Shown here: positions 42,802 to 53,179 of the stretch, in pieces
Position numbering within the stretch: the first letter of the stretch is position 1
How the letters are laid out: every line of letters begins with the position of its first letter
Source of the DNA: a virus
Lineage: Duplodnaviria > Caudoviricetes
Virus record (IMG/VR): IMGVR_UViG_3300046170_000227
Span: 1 to 60,106 of that record
DNA length: 60,106 bases
Strand: one strand, 5' to 3'
Notes under the pieces: generated by a model
What the model was told of the DNA's origin: nothing
What the model saw: only the letters and a program-made list of their open reading frames with translations
Database searches by the model: none
Translations under genes and position numbers: made by a program

Positions 42802-43802
42802 ATGCAAAATAAAAATAATAACCAGAAAGGTACAATGACTAAAATAAGAATGAATACAGAGTTAAGAAACAAACTCTTTAATAAAATAAAAAATGTCTTT
42901 GAGAATGAGGACACTCAAGAACGAGAGGCATATCTTCAATCAAGAGAGTATGTTGATGAGCAATATACAACTGCACACAAACTTGCAAAAGAAGTTGTTG
43001 AGAGATCATATCCAACAGAAGATGTTGCAACATTAAGACACTTTAAAAATAAATATGGAAGTCCTTGTGATGTTGTTGCAAAAGATAAATGCTTTTACTT
43101 TGCACACAATGAGGGTGTTGATGATGAGGGCGAACCAAAAGAAACTAAATCACATTTTGATTTTGGTTTGTTTGGCAATACCAATGGTAGTGAGTACGAT
43201 CATACAGAGGGTAATCACTTTGCACTTGCTTATTATCGTGAGGATTTAAAAGCTATGGATTGCAACCCAGATATCTATGCACAACAAAAAGAAAACAAAG
43301 AGAATCCCACACAAAACAAAACATGTTGATGAGTGTTTAAAAGCACTTGGCAAAGTTGGTAATTATCATTCTTCAAATGATAATGTTGGTATGGCAAAAA
43401 CATTTGATGACCAATACTATCTTGATGTAATTGGAACATCTTATTGCAGATCACGTGCAATCGCATGTACTAAAGATGAGTACGAGCAATTTGAAACTTG
43501 GCGAATTGCAAAAGCTAATGTTGTATCTAAACACCAAACATGGATTGATACAATTCAAAAACAATGCGATCAGTTAAAGATTGGATTGAAAGCATACAGA
43601 TATCTTTCAGAGGGTATTGAACTTGCTACTGAACTTGGAATACAATTAGATGAGGCAGAGTTAATTAGAACTAACTCAACAGGGATTGACTATCTATAAT
43701 CCAAGCAACTTGGCTAGTATGATTAAAGGTATGAAGAATAAAAATCAATCAAGAGAGGCGAAGATATTGGCTAGAAAAAAATATGAAGAAAGTCTAAATT
43801 AA
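42802..43802 (+). CDS. Large early hypothetical protein (~320 aa; frameshifts ~43310, ~43685; likely start 42835)
   Basis: ORFs 42802 and 43277 join; AGAAAGG RBS before ATG 42835. Confidence 0.6.
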
Positions 43803-43805
43803 AGT

Positions 43806-43834
43806 TTGACAAGGGCTATCCTATAATATAGGAT
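43806..43834 (+). promoter_or_regulatory. sigma70-type promoter with TATCCTAT inverted repeat
   Basis: TTGACA-N17-TAGGAT; CTATCCTATA-A-TATAGGATAG inverted repeat. Confidence 0.7.
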
Positions 43835-44237
43835 AGTCCTATTAACTAGAAAGGTATAATATGACAAACAAAACATTTTACATAACTTATTGGGCTTCTC
43901 AAACATAAGAAGCACATTACAAGACAAGGAAAGCATGACGAGAAATCTCGTTATGGTACATCTAAACAAGGTGTTCCATATTATGTTTATTATGACTTAG
44001 ATAGTCATGGTTACAGAACTGCAACTACAACATGGAAAGTGAGGCACTAATGACAAGTTTTGAATTTTATTGTGTTGTTGGTTTCTTTGGTTTAATTATG
44101 GGATTGGTGGTAGTAGCATGATCTTAGGATTTATATTAATGTTTGGGATAGCAATGATACTTTGTGTTGGTTGTATTCTAGCAAATGGCACACAAGATTT
44201 TATGATGAACAAAATGAAAAAATAAGAAAGGATAACA

Positions 44238-44588
44238 ATGCCAAATAAACATTTTTGCCAAGGACCAAGATGTCATGAACAAGTTACAACAGATAGGTTT
44301 TTAAAATCGCGTGGTGTAATTCGTGGAAGATATGCATATGCAGATAGAGATAGAACACCTAATAATTGGGGTTGGACTCCAAATGGTTCTGATGTTTATT
44401 TTTGTTCTCAAACATGCAAGCTTTCATGGTTAAGTGATAACATGACCAATATTGAACATGGTCGACCGATTGAGTTTATCAGACACAGACGAGAGAGCCA
44501 AGGCTATGCCAAGGTCAAGAATGATGAGTCTAGGTGGGGTCCAGAATATTCTATTGAAAGGGTTGACAATGGTCAGCTAATAGAGTAG
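44238..44588 (+). CDS. Hypothetical Cys-containing early protein
   Basis: FCQGPRC...FCSQTC; AGAAAGG RBS. Confidence 0.6.
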   Translation: MPNKHFCQGPRCHEQVTTDRFLKSRGVIRGRYAYADRDRTPNNWGWTPNGSDVYFCSQTCKLSWLSDNMTNIEHGRPIEFIRHRRESQGYAKVKNDESRWGPEYSIERVDNGQLIE

Positions 44589-44591
44589 GAT
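44563..44591 (+). promoter_or_regulatory. sigma70-type promoter
   Basis: TTGACA-N17-TAGGAT, followed by TATCCTAT. Confidence 0.7.
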
Positions 44592-44616
44592 TATCCTATT
44601 AACAAGAAAGGTATAT

Positions 44617-44859
44617 ATGACACAAACAAACACAGACAACAAGACAGAAGAACGTAAGAATAGATTTACAGGTCAATCTATTATGTTAACAAAAGAAGAG
44701 TCTATTATTCATGATAGAATATTTATCAATGAATTAGGTGCAACGATCGAAGACAAAGAACTTGGATACGGTGGCTCTAAACTTTGGGACAAAGTACGTA
44801 AGGACATTAACTACTTCAGACAGCATAATGCTGAAGCATACATGGTGTTACTAGATTAA
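44617..44859 (+). CDS. Hypothetical early protein
   Basis: 80 aa, RKNRFTG...EAYMVLLD*; AGAAAGG RBS. Confidence 0.6.
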   Translation: MTQTNTDNKTEERKNRFTGQSIMLTKEESIIHDRIFINELGATIEDKELGYGGSKLWDKVRKDINYFRQHNAEAYMVLLD

Positions 44860-44874
44860 CACCAACCTTTCTTG

Positions 44875-44898
44875 CCCTGGCCCTAACGGGCCAGGGCG
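44875..44898. other. Perfect GC-rich hairpin (terminator or packaging-region structure)
   Basis: GCCCTGGCCC-TAAC-GGGCCAGGGC; no downstream U tract. Confidence 0.55.
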
Positions 44899-45090
44899 CA
44901 CGATCCAAGTACCTTGGATCCCTATCCAATACCAACATTGCAACTAACGTCGACCCCACCCACCCTTTATATAAAAAGGGGTCCCACTACTCTAGGTTGT
45001 ATTGCTTGATTTAGACAGTTTATGGTGGTAAAAACATATTCAACACTTTATGGTGCAAAAAAATTATAAAAAAATTTTTTAAAAAATTTT

Positions 45091-46572
45091 ATGAATTTGA
45101 ATAACGTAGATATTAGTAAGCTACCTGCAGACGTCAGAAAGACATTCAAGAAACTGCAAGTCATGCATGCAGAAAAACAAATCCAAGGTAAAGCCAGAGA
45201 TGACTTCATGTCCTTTGTAAAATGTGTGTGGCCCGATTTTATAGAAGGATCTCACCATAGACACATAGCAAAAAAATTTAATGAACTTGCAACAGGAGAA
45301 ATTACTAGACTGATTGTCAACATGCCTCCACGTCATACGAAATCAGAATTTGCAAGTTACTTGTTACCAGCGTGGATGGTGGGCCGTAACCCTAAGTTAA
45401 AGATAATCCAAGCAACTCACACAGGAGAACTAGCCGTAAGATTTGGTCGTAAAGCTAAAACCTTGATTGATAGTGACGAGTATGGAAAAATATTTGAAAC
45501 AAGACTAAGAGAAGATTCGCAAGCCGCTGGTAGGTGGGAGACAGCACAAGGTGGTGAGTATTTTGCAGCTGGTGTCGGCGGTGCAATAACCGGACGGGGT
45601 GCTGACTTATTAATAATTGATGATCCACATTCTGAGCAAGACGCAATGAGTCCGACTGCAATGGAATCTGCTTATGAATGGTATACATCAGGTCCACGTC
45701 AGCGTTTACAACCTGGTGGTAAAATTATATTGGTTATGACTAGATGGTCTAACAAAGATCTGACAGGTAAATTAGTTAGTAACCAAAAAGAAGCTAAAGC
45801 TGATCAGTGGCACGTGGTCGAATTTCCAGCAATCTTGGACCACGGATCAAAGAAACAAAAACCTGTTTGGCCTGAGTATTGGAAGCTCGATGAGTTAGAG
45901 AAAGTCCAAGCAACACTGCCCACGGGCAAATGGAACGCACAGTGGATGCAAAATCCAACAAGTGATGAAGGTGCAATTATAAAACGAGAATGGTGGAGAA
46001 CATGGAAGCATGATTGGATACCAGAACTACATCACGTCATACAATCTTATGATACAGCATTTTTAAAAAAAGAAACTGCTGACTACTCAGCTATTACTAC
46101 TTGGGGTGTATTTTACCCGGACCAAGACTCAGGTGCTAATTTAATGTTATTAGATTCTATAAAAGGTAGATATGAGTTTCCTGAATTACGTAGATTAGCG
46201 TTAGAACAATATAAGTATTGGCAACCAGAATCGGTTATAGTTGAAGCAAAAGCATCAGGTTTACCTCTTACATACGAGCTTAGACAGATGGATATACCGG
46301 TTGTGAACTTCACACCATCACGTGGAAATGATAAACATTCACGTGTAAATGCTGTTGCACCTTTGTTTGAATCTGGTATGATATGGGCGCCTGAGCAGAA
46401 ATTCGCAGATGACGTCATTGAAGAGTGCGCTGCGTTTCCGTATGGCGATCATGATGACTTAGTCGACTCGACTACACAAGCAATCATGCGTTTTAGACAA
46501 GCAGGGTTATTACAACACCCTGAAGACTACGTGGATGAACCGCGTGAGGAACGTAAAAGGAATTACTATTAA
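45091..46572 (+). CDS. terL: Terminase large subunit
   Basis: MPPRHTKS (Walker A variant), LLIIDDP, MTRW, SYDTA, HDDLVD. Confidence 0.93.
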   Translation: MNLNNVDISKLPADVRKTFKKLQVMHAEKQIQGKARDDFMSFVKCVWPDFIEGSHHRHIAKKFNELATGEITRLIVNMPPRHTKSEFASYLLPAWMVGRNPKLKIIQATHTGELAVRFGRKAKTLIDSDEYGKIFETRLREDSQAAGRWETAQGGEYFAAGVGGAITGRGADLLIIDDPHSEQDAMSPTAMESAYEWYTSGPRQRLQPGGKIILVMTRWSNKDLTGKLVSNQKEAKADQWHVVEFPAILDHGSKKQKPVWPEYWKLDELEKVQATLPTGKWNAQWMQNPTSDEGAIIKREWWRTWKHDWIPELHHVIQSYDTAFLKKETADYSAITTWGVFYPDQDSGANLMLLDSIKGRYEFPELRRLALEQYKYWQPESVIVEAKASGLPLTYELRQMDIPVVNFTPSRGNDKHSRVNAVAPLFESGMIWAPEQKFADDVIEECAAFPYGDHDDLVDSTTQAIMRFRQAGLLQHPEDYVDEPREERKRNYY

Positions 46573-48242
46573 TGATAAGATTTGGAATGAAACTACCAGA
46601 AATTTTTAACCAATTGGTTAGAGGTTACCAAAAAGTTAGAGGCCAAAAACCAACAGGTCTAGATCTTATAAAAATTAAACAAGAAGCAATGTTAAAGTTT
46701 CAAGAGATGAGAAAAGTCTTGGACATGCAACGAAATCCAATTGACCCAAATAAACCTATTATAGGTGGTAAACAATTAGATAAAAATGCTCCGGGATATT
46801 TTAATGATTTTACATCAATGATGATTAAAGATGCAAACGTAGCACCCAAGGTTATTAGATCAGGGATCATGAAAACAACTGAAGCTATGAACCCTAAATT
46901 TATAGATTTTACAATTAACAGTTTTAAAAACATGGACGGAATAAAAGTTATGAAAGAAGCAAACAAAGTTATTAAAAGAGAAGGTCCATACAAAGATTTA
47001 ACTAAGAACGATGCTAAACGGATCATGGATGCAGTCGACGACAAATTAAAAAATATAGATATGGACCCAGAAGATATGTATGCTGACGGTGGACGTATTG
47101 GTTTAAAAGATGGTGAAGGTATTATGAAGATGGCATCTATGGAAGAAAATGAAAGAGAATTTATGAGACTTGTAGAGGAGTTTATGGAACAAGGTTTTAG
47201 CCAACAAGAAGCAATTGAAGAAGCTAAAGATACACTTGAAAGAAAATCAATCGCTACAGGTGGACGTGCAGGTTTTAAAGATGGTGAAGGTATTATGCAG
47301 ATGGCTTCAGCACCAGAACCTATGGATGAAAGAAATGAATTATCCTTACAAATATTTGGTAAACCTATAAAACTTTTAACACCAGAAGAAATGGATATGC
47401 TTAATGATGAAGCTGAAAGACTTATGCAAAAATTTTCTTCAGCACCAGATCCAATGGATGAAAGAAATATGGTTATGGAAAATATTGCAATAAAAGAATT
47501 TGGTAAACCTTTAAAAGATTTAAATGAAGAAGAGATTATAGAAATAGAAATAATGATAGATGAGATGACTGAAAAACCAAACAGAGGAGCACAGTCAATT
47601 AAACTTGCAGATGGTGGTATTACCCGTGTTGGTTTAAAAGATGGGTTATCTAGCAAATTAAATAAAAAATTTAAAATTGATGGTGGGACTTTACGAAGTA
47701 TGTTTTTTAATAAAAACAATCCTATTTTAACAGGATTTAATGCTTCAGAATTATTTGATCTTGCTGTAAGAAATATAGGCCCTGCTATAGGTTTAGCAGA
47801 TGGTGGACGGGCAGCATTTAAGGATGGACCAAAAGATCCTAGAAGAAGAGGCTTCATGAAAGCAGCTGTTGGAGTTGCATCGATGTTACCATTTGGAATG
47901 GGTAAAATTATTAAAACGGCAGCACCTGCAATTGAAAAAGCTGCAGATATTTCAGGACCAGCATTAGCTAAAATTGTAGAGACTGTAATGTCTCTTGGTA
48001 AAACTATTTCACAATCTGGTAAAAGAGTTAAAGAAATGATAACTAAGAAAAAACACAAAGGTGTTGAAGTTGAAGAAGATATAATGGACGGAAGCTACAC
48101 AATTAAAAAAGGTAATAAAGAAATTTACTTTAAACCTGGAAGACGAGATGAGATGGGTATTGACGATGACATTATAGAAGTTATTGAAAAGACAGTCACT
48201 AAAAAAGCTGGTGGTGGTGTTGCTAGATTATTAGGTGAATAA
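46572..48242 (+). CDS. Modular protein with four AxGG..G motifs and an internal twin-arginine-like segment
   Basis: 556 aa between terL and portal; internal duplications. Confidence 0.7.
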   Translation: MIRFGMKLPEIFNQLVRGYQKVRGQKPTGLDLIKIKQEAMLKFQEMRKVLDMQRNPIDPNKPIIGGKQLDKNAPGYFNDFTSMMIKDANVAPKVIRSGIMKTTEAMNPKFIDFTINSFKNMDGIKVMKEANKVIKREGPYKDLTKNDAKRIMDAVDDKLKNIDMDPEDMYADGGRIGLKDGEGIMKMASMEENEREFMRLVEEFMEQGFSQQEAIEEAKDTLERKSIATGGRAGFKDGEGIMQMASAPEPMDERNELSLQIFGKPIKLLTPEEMDMLNDEAERLMQKFSSAPDPMDERNMVMENIAIKEFGKPLKDLNEEEIIEIEIMIDEMTEKPNRGAQSIKLADGGITRVGLKDGLSSKLNKKFKIDGGTLRSMFFNKNNPILTGFNASELFDLAVRNIGPAIGLADGGRAAFKDGPKDPRRRGFMKAAVGVASMLPFGMGKIIKTAAPAIEKAADISGPALAKIVETVMSLGKTISQSGKRVKEMITKKKHKGVEVEEDIMDGSYTIKKGNKEIYFKPGRRDEMGIDDDIIEVIEKTVTKKAGGGVARLLGE

Positions 48243-50146
48243 TGGACGATCTTCTTTCTGCAATCAGAAAATTACAAGATCTATACGATGATCCAGATAT
48301 CGTAACTACAGCAGATCAAATTAAAATACCAGAACCAAAACAAGAAGTAAAAAATATAGAACTTGTTAATGACTTTATGAAACGTAACCCACGAGCTGAT
48401 GGTGGACGTATGGGTTATTCTATTGGAGATAGAGTTGATCCAATAACCCCACAAAATAATTTAACGAACATGACGTTAGAAGAGTCCACTACAGGTCCTG
48501 GCGGTTATCCAATGACAGCGGGTTTTACAACAGCTATGAAAGTGCCTAGCGCAATAAAAGCTATTGAATCAGGAGCAGCTAACGTTAACAAAGCTAAAAA
48601 AATAGTAACTGATTTTTTTAAACAAAGACAACCTTATACTGGTGCAACTAAAATTGGAGAATCTACTACAAAGGATTTTACTCCTGAAAAAAATTTTTTA
48701 TCCGTATTAAAAAGTTACATGAATAAATATACGGGAGGCAGTCTTAGTCAAGCTTCTAGGGATTTAGGTATAAGTAGAAATACACTTAAAGGCATAGACG
48801 AAAGAATTAATTTACAAGAAACAGGTAGCAGAGTATCGGGACTTGGTTTTAAAAATCCAGCTAAAATTTCAGAACCTATTGATGGTCTTCAATATGCACA
48901 AATGACTACTTTGATGAAAAATGACCCTAATAAATTTAAAATTCTTAAAGGTGGTAAAAATAAATTTCTTGATCAAGAATCTTTAGGACATTATTTAGGT
49001 GTTAAATTTGCAAGAGACCCAAAAACAGGAACTAGAGTAGAGATTGGAAAATTTCAATATGATCAATTAGGTTCAATGTTAAAACAATTAAACGTTAAAA
49101 AAAATAAACTAGGTGAATTTAATGTTGATGATGCAATTAATAAACTTTTAAATAAAAATAAAACTAAACTTGTAAAAGGTCAAAGAGTAAGTGATGCCGG
49201 TAAAGATAGATATACTCTTGAAAAAAAATATGACCCTGAATTATTTTCTATAAGAGCAGGTTTAATAGATAGAGTTGGTAGCCGTGCAAAAGGTTTAGAT
49301 GTTTATTTACCAAATGCTATTGATGATGTAGGTCACCCTTTTTCTTTATCTAAATCTATAAAAAAATATAATAAACTATTTAAAGATTCAAACATGAATA
49401 GTATAAATACTTTAGTTTACCAGGATCACACATTAAATACTAAATTACATAAAGTAACTGGGTTTGAAGGAAGATATGAAAAAATGTTTGATCAACTTGC
49501 AAAACTTCAAAATAAAAAAATTACACCTAAGATCCAAGAACAATTAATTGATATTAAAAATCAAATGAATTTAAATTATACGAATTATATTAACCTTCTA
49601 TCAAACCCTAAAAAAATAAAAGAAGTTTTATCTAAAAAAACTAAAATATTTGGAGACTCTAAAGTAAATATTACAGATGATTTTGCAAAATATTTATCCG
49701 GTCAAGTTGATAGAGTTCAAAAGATAGATATAAATATTCCAAAAATTGGAGATACTTTTAAATCAAAAGATCTTTTTGTAGACATGTCTACAGTTAATCC
49801 AAAATATATAATGGGATATGTAAATCAAATAAATCCAAAAGCTAAAAAATTTAAAGATCTTAGTATGTCAGAAAAAGCTATTTTTAAACAAAATGCATTA
49901 AATCAAAATGCTGATATTGTTTCTGAGTATTATAAAAAAGCAAAATTTCCTGTTGAAGATGTTGAAGCCGTTAAAGAAACAATTAAAATGGATTTTGCAA
50001 AAGGAGGACCAGTAGACATAGATTTAAGTTTTTTTGCAGGGGGAGGCATTGCAAAAGAAGCAGGCGATTCATCAGGCCCACCACCACAATCAGGACCTAC
50101 ACCTCAAGGGTTGCAAGGTCTATTTAATCGTGTTAAGAAGGTATAG
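48242..50146 (+). CDS. K/N-rich protein flanked by AxGG motifs
   Basis: 634 aa; RADGGRMGY near the N-terminus, FAKGG and FAGGG near the C-terminus; HTH-like SLSQASRDLGISRNTL. Confidence 0.65.
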   Translation: MDDLLSAIRKLQDLYDDPDIVTTADQIKIPEPKQEVKNIELVNDFMKRNPRADGGRMGYSIGDRVDPITPQNNLTNMTLEESTTGPGGYPMTAGFTTAMKVPSAIKAIESGAANVNKAKKIVTDFFKQRQPYTGATKIGESTTKDFTPEKNFLSVLKSYMNKYTGGSLSQASRDLGISRNTLKGIDERINLQETGSRVSGLGFKNPAKISEPIDGLQYAQMTTLMKNDPNKFKILKGGKNKFLDQESLGHYLGVKFARDPKTGTRVEIGKFQYDQLGSMLKQLNVKKNKLGEFNVDDAINKLLNKNKTKLVKGQRVSDAGKDRYTLEKKYDPELFSIRAGLIDRVGSRAKGLDVYLPNAIDDVGHPFSLSKSIKKYNKLFKDSNMNSINTLVYQDHTLNTKLHKVTGFEGRYEKMFDQLAKLQNKKITPKIQEQLIDIKNQMNLNYTNYINLLSNPKKIKEVLSKKTKIFGDSKVNITDDFAKYLSGQVDRVQKIDINIPKIGDTFKSKDLFVDMSTVNPKYIMGYVNQINPKAKKFKDLSMSEKAIFKQNALNQNADIVSEYYKKAKFPVEDVEAVKETIKMDFAKGGPVDIDLSFFAGGGIAKEAGDSSGPPPQSGPTPQGLQGLFNRVKKV

Positions 50147-50155
50147 GAGTAATAA

Positions 50156-52594
50156 ATGGCAGATATAGATAAAGGACTCCCTAACACAAGAACTAAAATT
50201 GATATCCCTTCAGATGAAGAGATGGCAGAAGAAGTTAGTGTTCAGGAAGAAGACATTGATAAAGGACCTGTAGAGGTCATCCCAGAAGACGATGGTGGAG
50301 TTACATTAGACTTTGACCCAAGTGCAATAAATACGTCAGGTACAGAATCTCACTTTGATAACTTGGCAGATATTTTACCGGAAGAATCAGTTGAACCAAT
50401 CGGAAACGAAATGGTTCAAAACTACATGGATTATAAATCTTCTAGAAAAGAATGGGAAAGCGCTTACACAAGCGGTCTTGATCTTTTAGGATTTAAATAC
50501 GAAAACAGAACAGAACCTTTTCAAGGAGCTTCAGGTGCAACACACCCAGTTCTAGCAGAAGCTGTTACACAATTCCAAGCTCAAGCTTATAAAGAATTAT
50601 TACCAAGTGACGGTCCTGTTAGAACACAAGTTATAGGAGTTAAGAATCCACAAACAGAACAGCAAGCAGGTCGTGTTAAAGATTACATGAATTATTTAAT
50701 CATGGACACTATGAAAGAATATGAATCTGAATTTGATTCAATGTTATTTCATTTACCACTAGCTGGATCTACATTTAAAAAAGTTTACTACGACGTACCA
50801 CTTGGAAGAGTGGTATCGAAGTTTGTACCAGCGGATGAATTAATTGTTCCGTATACAGCTACCTCATTAGACGATGCGGAAGCAGTTATTCATACCGTGA
50901 AAATTTCAGAGAACGAATTAAGAAAACAACAAGTCAATGGTTTCTACAGTGACGTTGAGTTAGGACCTCCAGGTACAGATACCAATGGAGAACTATCTAA
51001 AAAAGAACGTGAACTAGAAGGAACTAAGAAGACAGGTAAGAACGAACCTGTTTACACTTTGTTAGAGTGTCATGTTAATTTAGACTTAGAAGGTTTCGAA
51101 GATGTTGGTGAAGACGGAGAACCAACTGGAATAAAATTACCTTACCTCGTTACAGTCGATGAAGGTAGTAGGAAAGTTTTGTCTATTAGACGAAACTATG
51201 CGCCCGATGATCTAAAGAAAACTAAAATCCAATATTTTGTCCACTTCAAATTTCTGCCAGGACTAGGATTTTATGGCTTTGGATTAATTCATATGATTGG
51301 CGGATTGAGTCGTACGGCAACGTCGGCTCTCCGTCAGTTATTAGATGCGGGTACATTATCAAACCTACCAGCAGGATTTAAACAACGAGGAGTTAGAGTA
51401 AGAGACGAAGCATCACCAATACAACCAGGTGAATTTAAAGATGTAGATGCACCAGGTGGAAATTTAAGAGATGCATTCTTTCCTCTACCCTACAAAGAAC
51501 CATCAGCAACATTATTACAATTAATGGGTGTTGTAGTTGGTGCAGGTCAAAGGTTCGCGGCTATTGCTGATATGCAAGTGGGCGATGGAAACCAAGGCGC
51601 TGCAGTAGGAACAACTGTTGCACTTCTTGAGCGTGGATCACGTGTAATGTCTGCTATTCATAAAAGATGTTACGCTGCAATGAAGAATGAATTTAAATTA
51701 TTATCAAAAGTAGTTTCACAATATCTACCACCAGAATATCCTTATGATGTTGTAGGTGGTGCAAGAAATATTAAGCAAGCTGACTTTGATGATAGAATAG
51801 ATGTAGTACCAGTTGCAGATCCTAATATATTTTCGATGTCTCAGAGAATTACTCTAGCTCAAACACAATTACAGATCGCAACATCTAATCCACAACTTCA
51901 TAACATGTATCAAATATACAGAAACATGTATAATGCGATTGGTGTAAAAGATGTTGATGCAGTTTTACCACCACCCGCACCGAATGCACCAATGGACCCA
52001 AGTTTAGAACACATAAATGCAATGGGTGGAAAACCTTTTCAAGCTTTTCCTGGTCAAGATCACAGAGCACACATCACAGCGCACTTAAATTTTATGTCAA
52101 CTAACATGGTTAGAAATAATCCTGCTGTTATGGCTGCAATACAAAAAAATATCTTAGAGCACATTTCAATTATGGCTCAAGAACAAGTTCAAATGGAGTT
52201 TAAAGAAGAAATGGCACAGATGATGCAGATGCAACAGATGGCTGCGATGGATCCACAGATACAACAACAGTTACAAATGTTAAATAATCAAGTTGAAGCA
52301 AGAAAAGCTGTGTTGATTGCTGAAATGACTGAAGAATTTATGAAAGAAGAGACTAAAATTACTTCACAAATGGATTCAGACCCACTATTGAAACTAAAAT
52401 CACGTGAAGTTGACCTAAGAGCAATGGAAAATGAACGAAAAAAAGAAGCTGATGCAACAAAAGCTGATTTTGATAGAGCAAAATTGATGCAAGCAAGAGA
52501 ATTAGCTGAAGATAAGATGGATCAGAACGAAGAATTAGCAGAATTAAGAGCAGGAGTAAGTCTTGCAAAAAAAAATAATGCTAATATAAACTAG
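50156..52594 (+). CDS. Portal protein
   Basis: 812 aa, HPVLAEAVTQFQA, GSTFKKVY, GFYGFGL; position after terL. Confidence 0.85.
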   Translation: MADIDKGLPNTRTKIDIPSDEEMAEEVSVQEEDIDKGPVEVIPEDDGGVTLDFDPSAINTSGTESHFDNLADILPEESVEPIGNEMVQNYMDYKSSRKEWESAYTSGLDLLGFKYENRTEPFQGASGATHPVLAEAVTQFQAQAYKELLPSDGPVRTQVIGVKNPQTEQQAGRVKDYMNYLIMDTMKEYESEFDSMLFHLPLAGSTFKKVYYDVPLGRVVSKFVPADELIVPYTATSLDDAEAVIHTVKISENELRKQQVNGFYSDVELGPPGTDTNGELSKKERELEGTKKTGKNEPVYTLLECHVNLDLEGFEDVGEDGEPTGIKLPYLVTVDEGSRKVLSIRRNYAPDDLKKTKIQYFVHFKFLPGLGFYGFGLIHMIGGLSRTATSALRQLLDAGTLSNLPAGFKQRGVRVRDEASPIQPGEFKDVDAPGGNLRDAFFPLPYKEPSATLLQLMGVVVGAGQRFAAIADMQVGDGNQGAAVGTTVALLERGSRVMSAIHKRCYAAMKNEFKLLSKVVSQYLPPEYPYDVVGGARNIKQADFDDRIDVVPVADPNIFSMSQRITLAQTQLQIATSNPQLHNMYQIYRNMYNAIGVKDVDAVLPPPAPNAPMDPSLEHINAMGGKPFQAFPGQDHRAHITAHLNFMSTNMVRNNPAVMAAIQKNILEHISIMAQEQVQMEFKEEMAQMMQMQQMAAMDPQIQQQLQMLNNQVEARKAVLIAEMTEEFMKEETKITSQMDSDPLLKLKSREVDLRAMENERKKEADATKADFDRAKLMQARELAEDKMDQNEELAELRAGVSLAKKNNANIN

Positions 52595-52608
52595 TAAAGG
52601 TAAATATT

Positions 52609-52788
52609 ATGATGAACTATAAAAAAGCAAAACAAATGGCAGTTCCAAGTCAGAATGTAGAAATAGATCCAAGATCTAAGACTACTGCAGACAACGCTTT
52701 CAATTATCTTCCTACAGGAGATAAAGAAAAAGTTAGAGGAACTAAAAAAATGTTAGCTGATAAGAAAAAAACAGCTACTTGGTACTAA
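52609..52788 (+). CDS. Small basic protein (59 aa)
   Basis: Manually translated MMNYKKAKQ...TATWY*. Confidence 0.5.
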   Translation: MMNYKKAKQMAVPSQNVEIDPRSKTTADNAFNYLPTGDKEKVRGTKKMLADKKKTATWY

Positions 52789-52789
52789 T

Positions 52790-53179
52790 ATGTGGTTTCA
52801 GGCAATTAAATTAGCCGTCTCTGCTGGTAGTAAAATTTATGCTAACAAGCAGAAGACTAAAATGGCAATGTCAGACGCACAGTTAATGCATGCGTCTCGT
52901 ATGGCCGAAGGAAAAGAAGCTTACCAGGGTAAATTGTTAGAAGCACGTCAATCAGACTGGAAAGACGAGGCCGTTTTGATAATTCTCTCGGCGCCAATCG
53001 TAATTTTGGCGTGGGCAGTCGTAAGTGAGGACCCAACAGCGATGGACAAGGTAAAATTGTTCTTTGACATGTTCTCTACGCTCCCGAGCTGGTTCACAAA
53101 TCTCTGGATCCTTGTCGTTGCGAGCATTTATGGTATAAAGGGTACACAGATTTTTAAAAATCACGGAGGAAAAAAATAA
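52790..53179 (+). CDS. Holin-like membrane protein
   Basis: SDWKDE followed by two hydrophobic helices, LPSW...ASIYGIK. Confidence 0.55.
   Translation: MWFQAIKLAVSAGSKIYANKQKTKMAMSDAQLMHASRMAEGKEAYQGKLLEARQSDWKDEAVLIILSAPIVILAWAVVSEDPTAMDKVKLFFDMFSTLPSWFTNLWILVVASIYGIKGTQIFKNHGGKK

Noticed and set aside
46700-48058. 452-aa antisense ORF, and similar shadows at 2586, 3796, 19424, 20330, 21038 and 21612
   Set aside because: They mirror long plus-strand genes in the codon-aligned frame, with S/I/F-rich unnatural composition.
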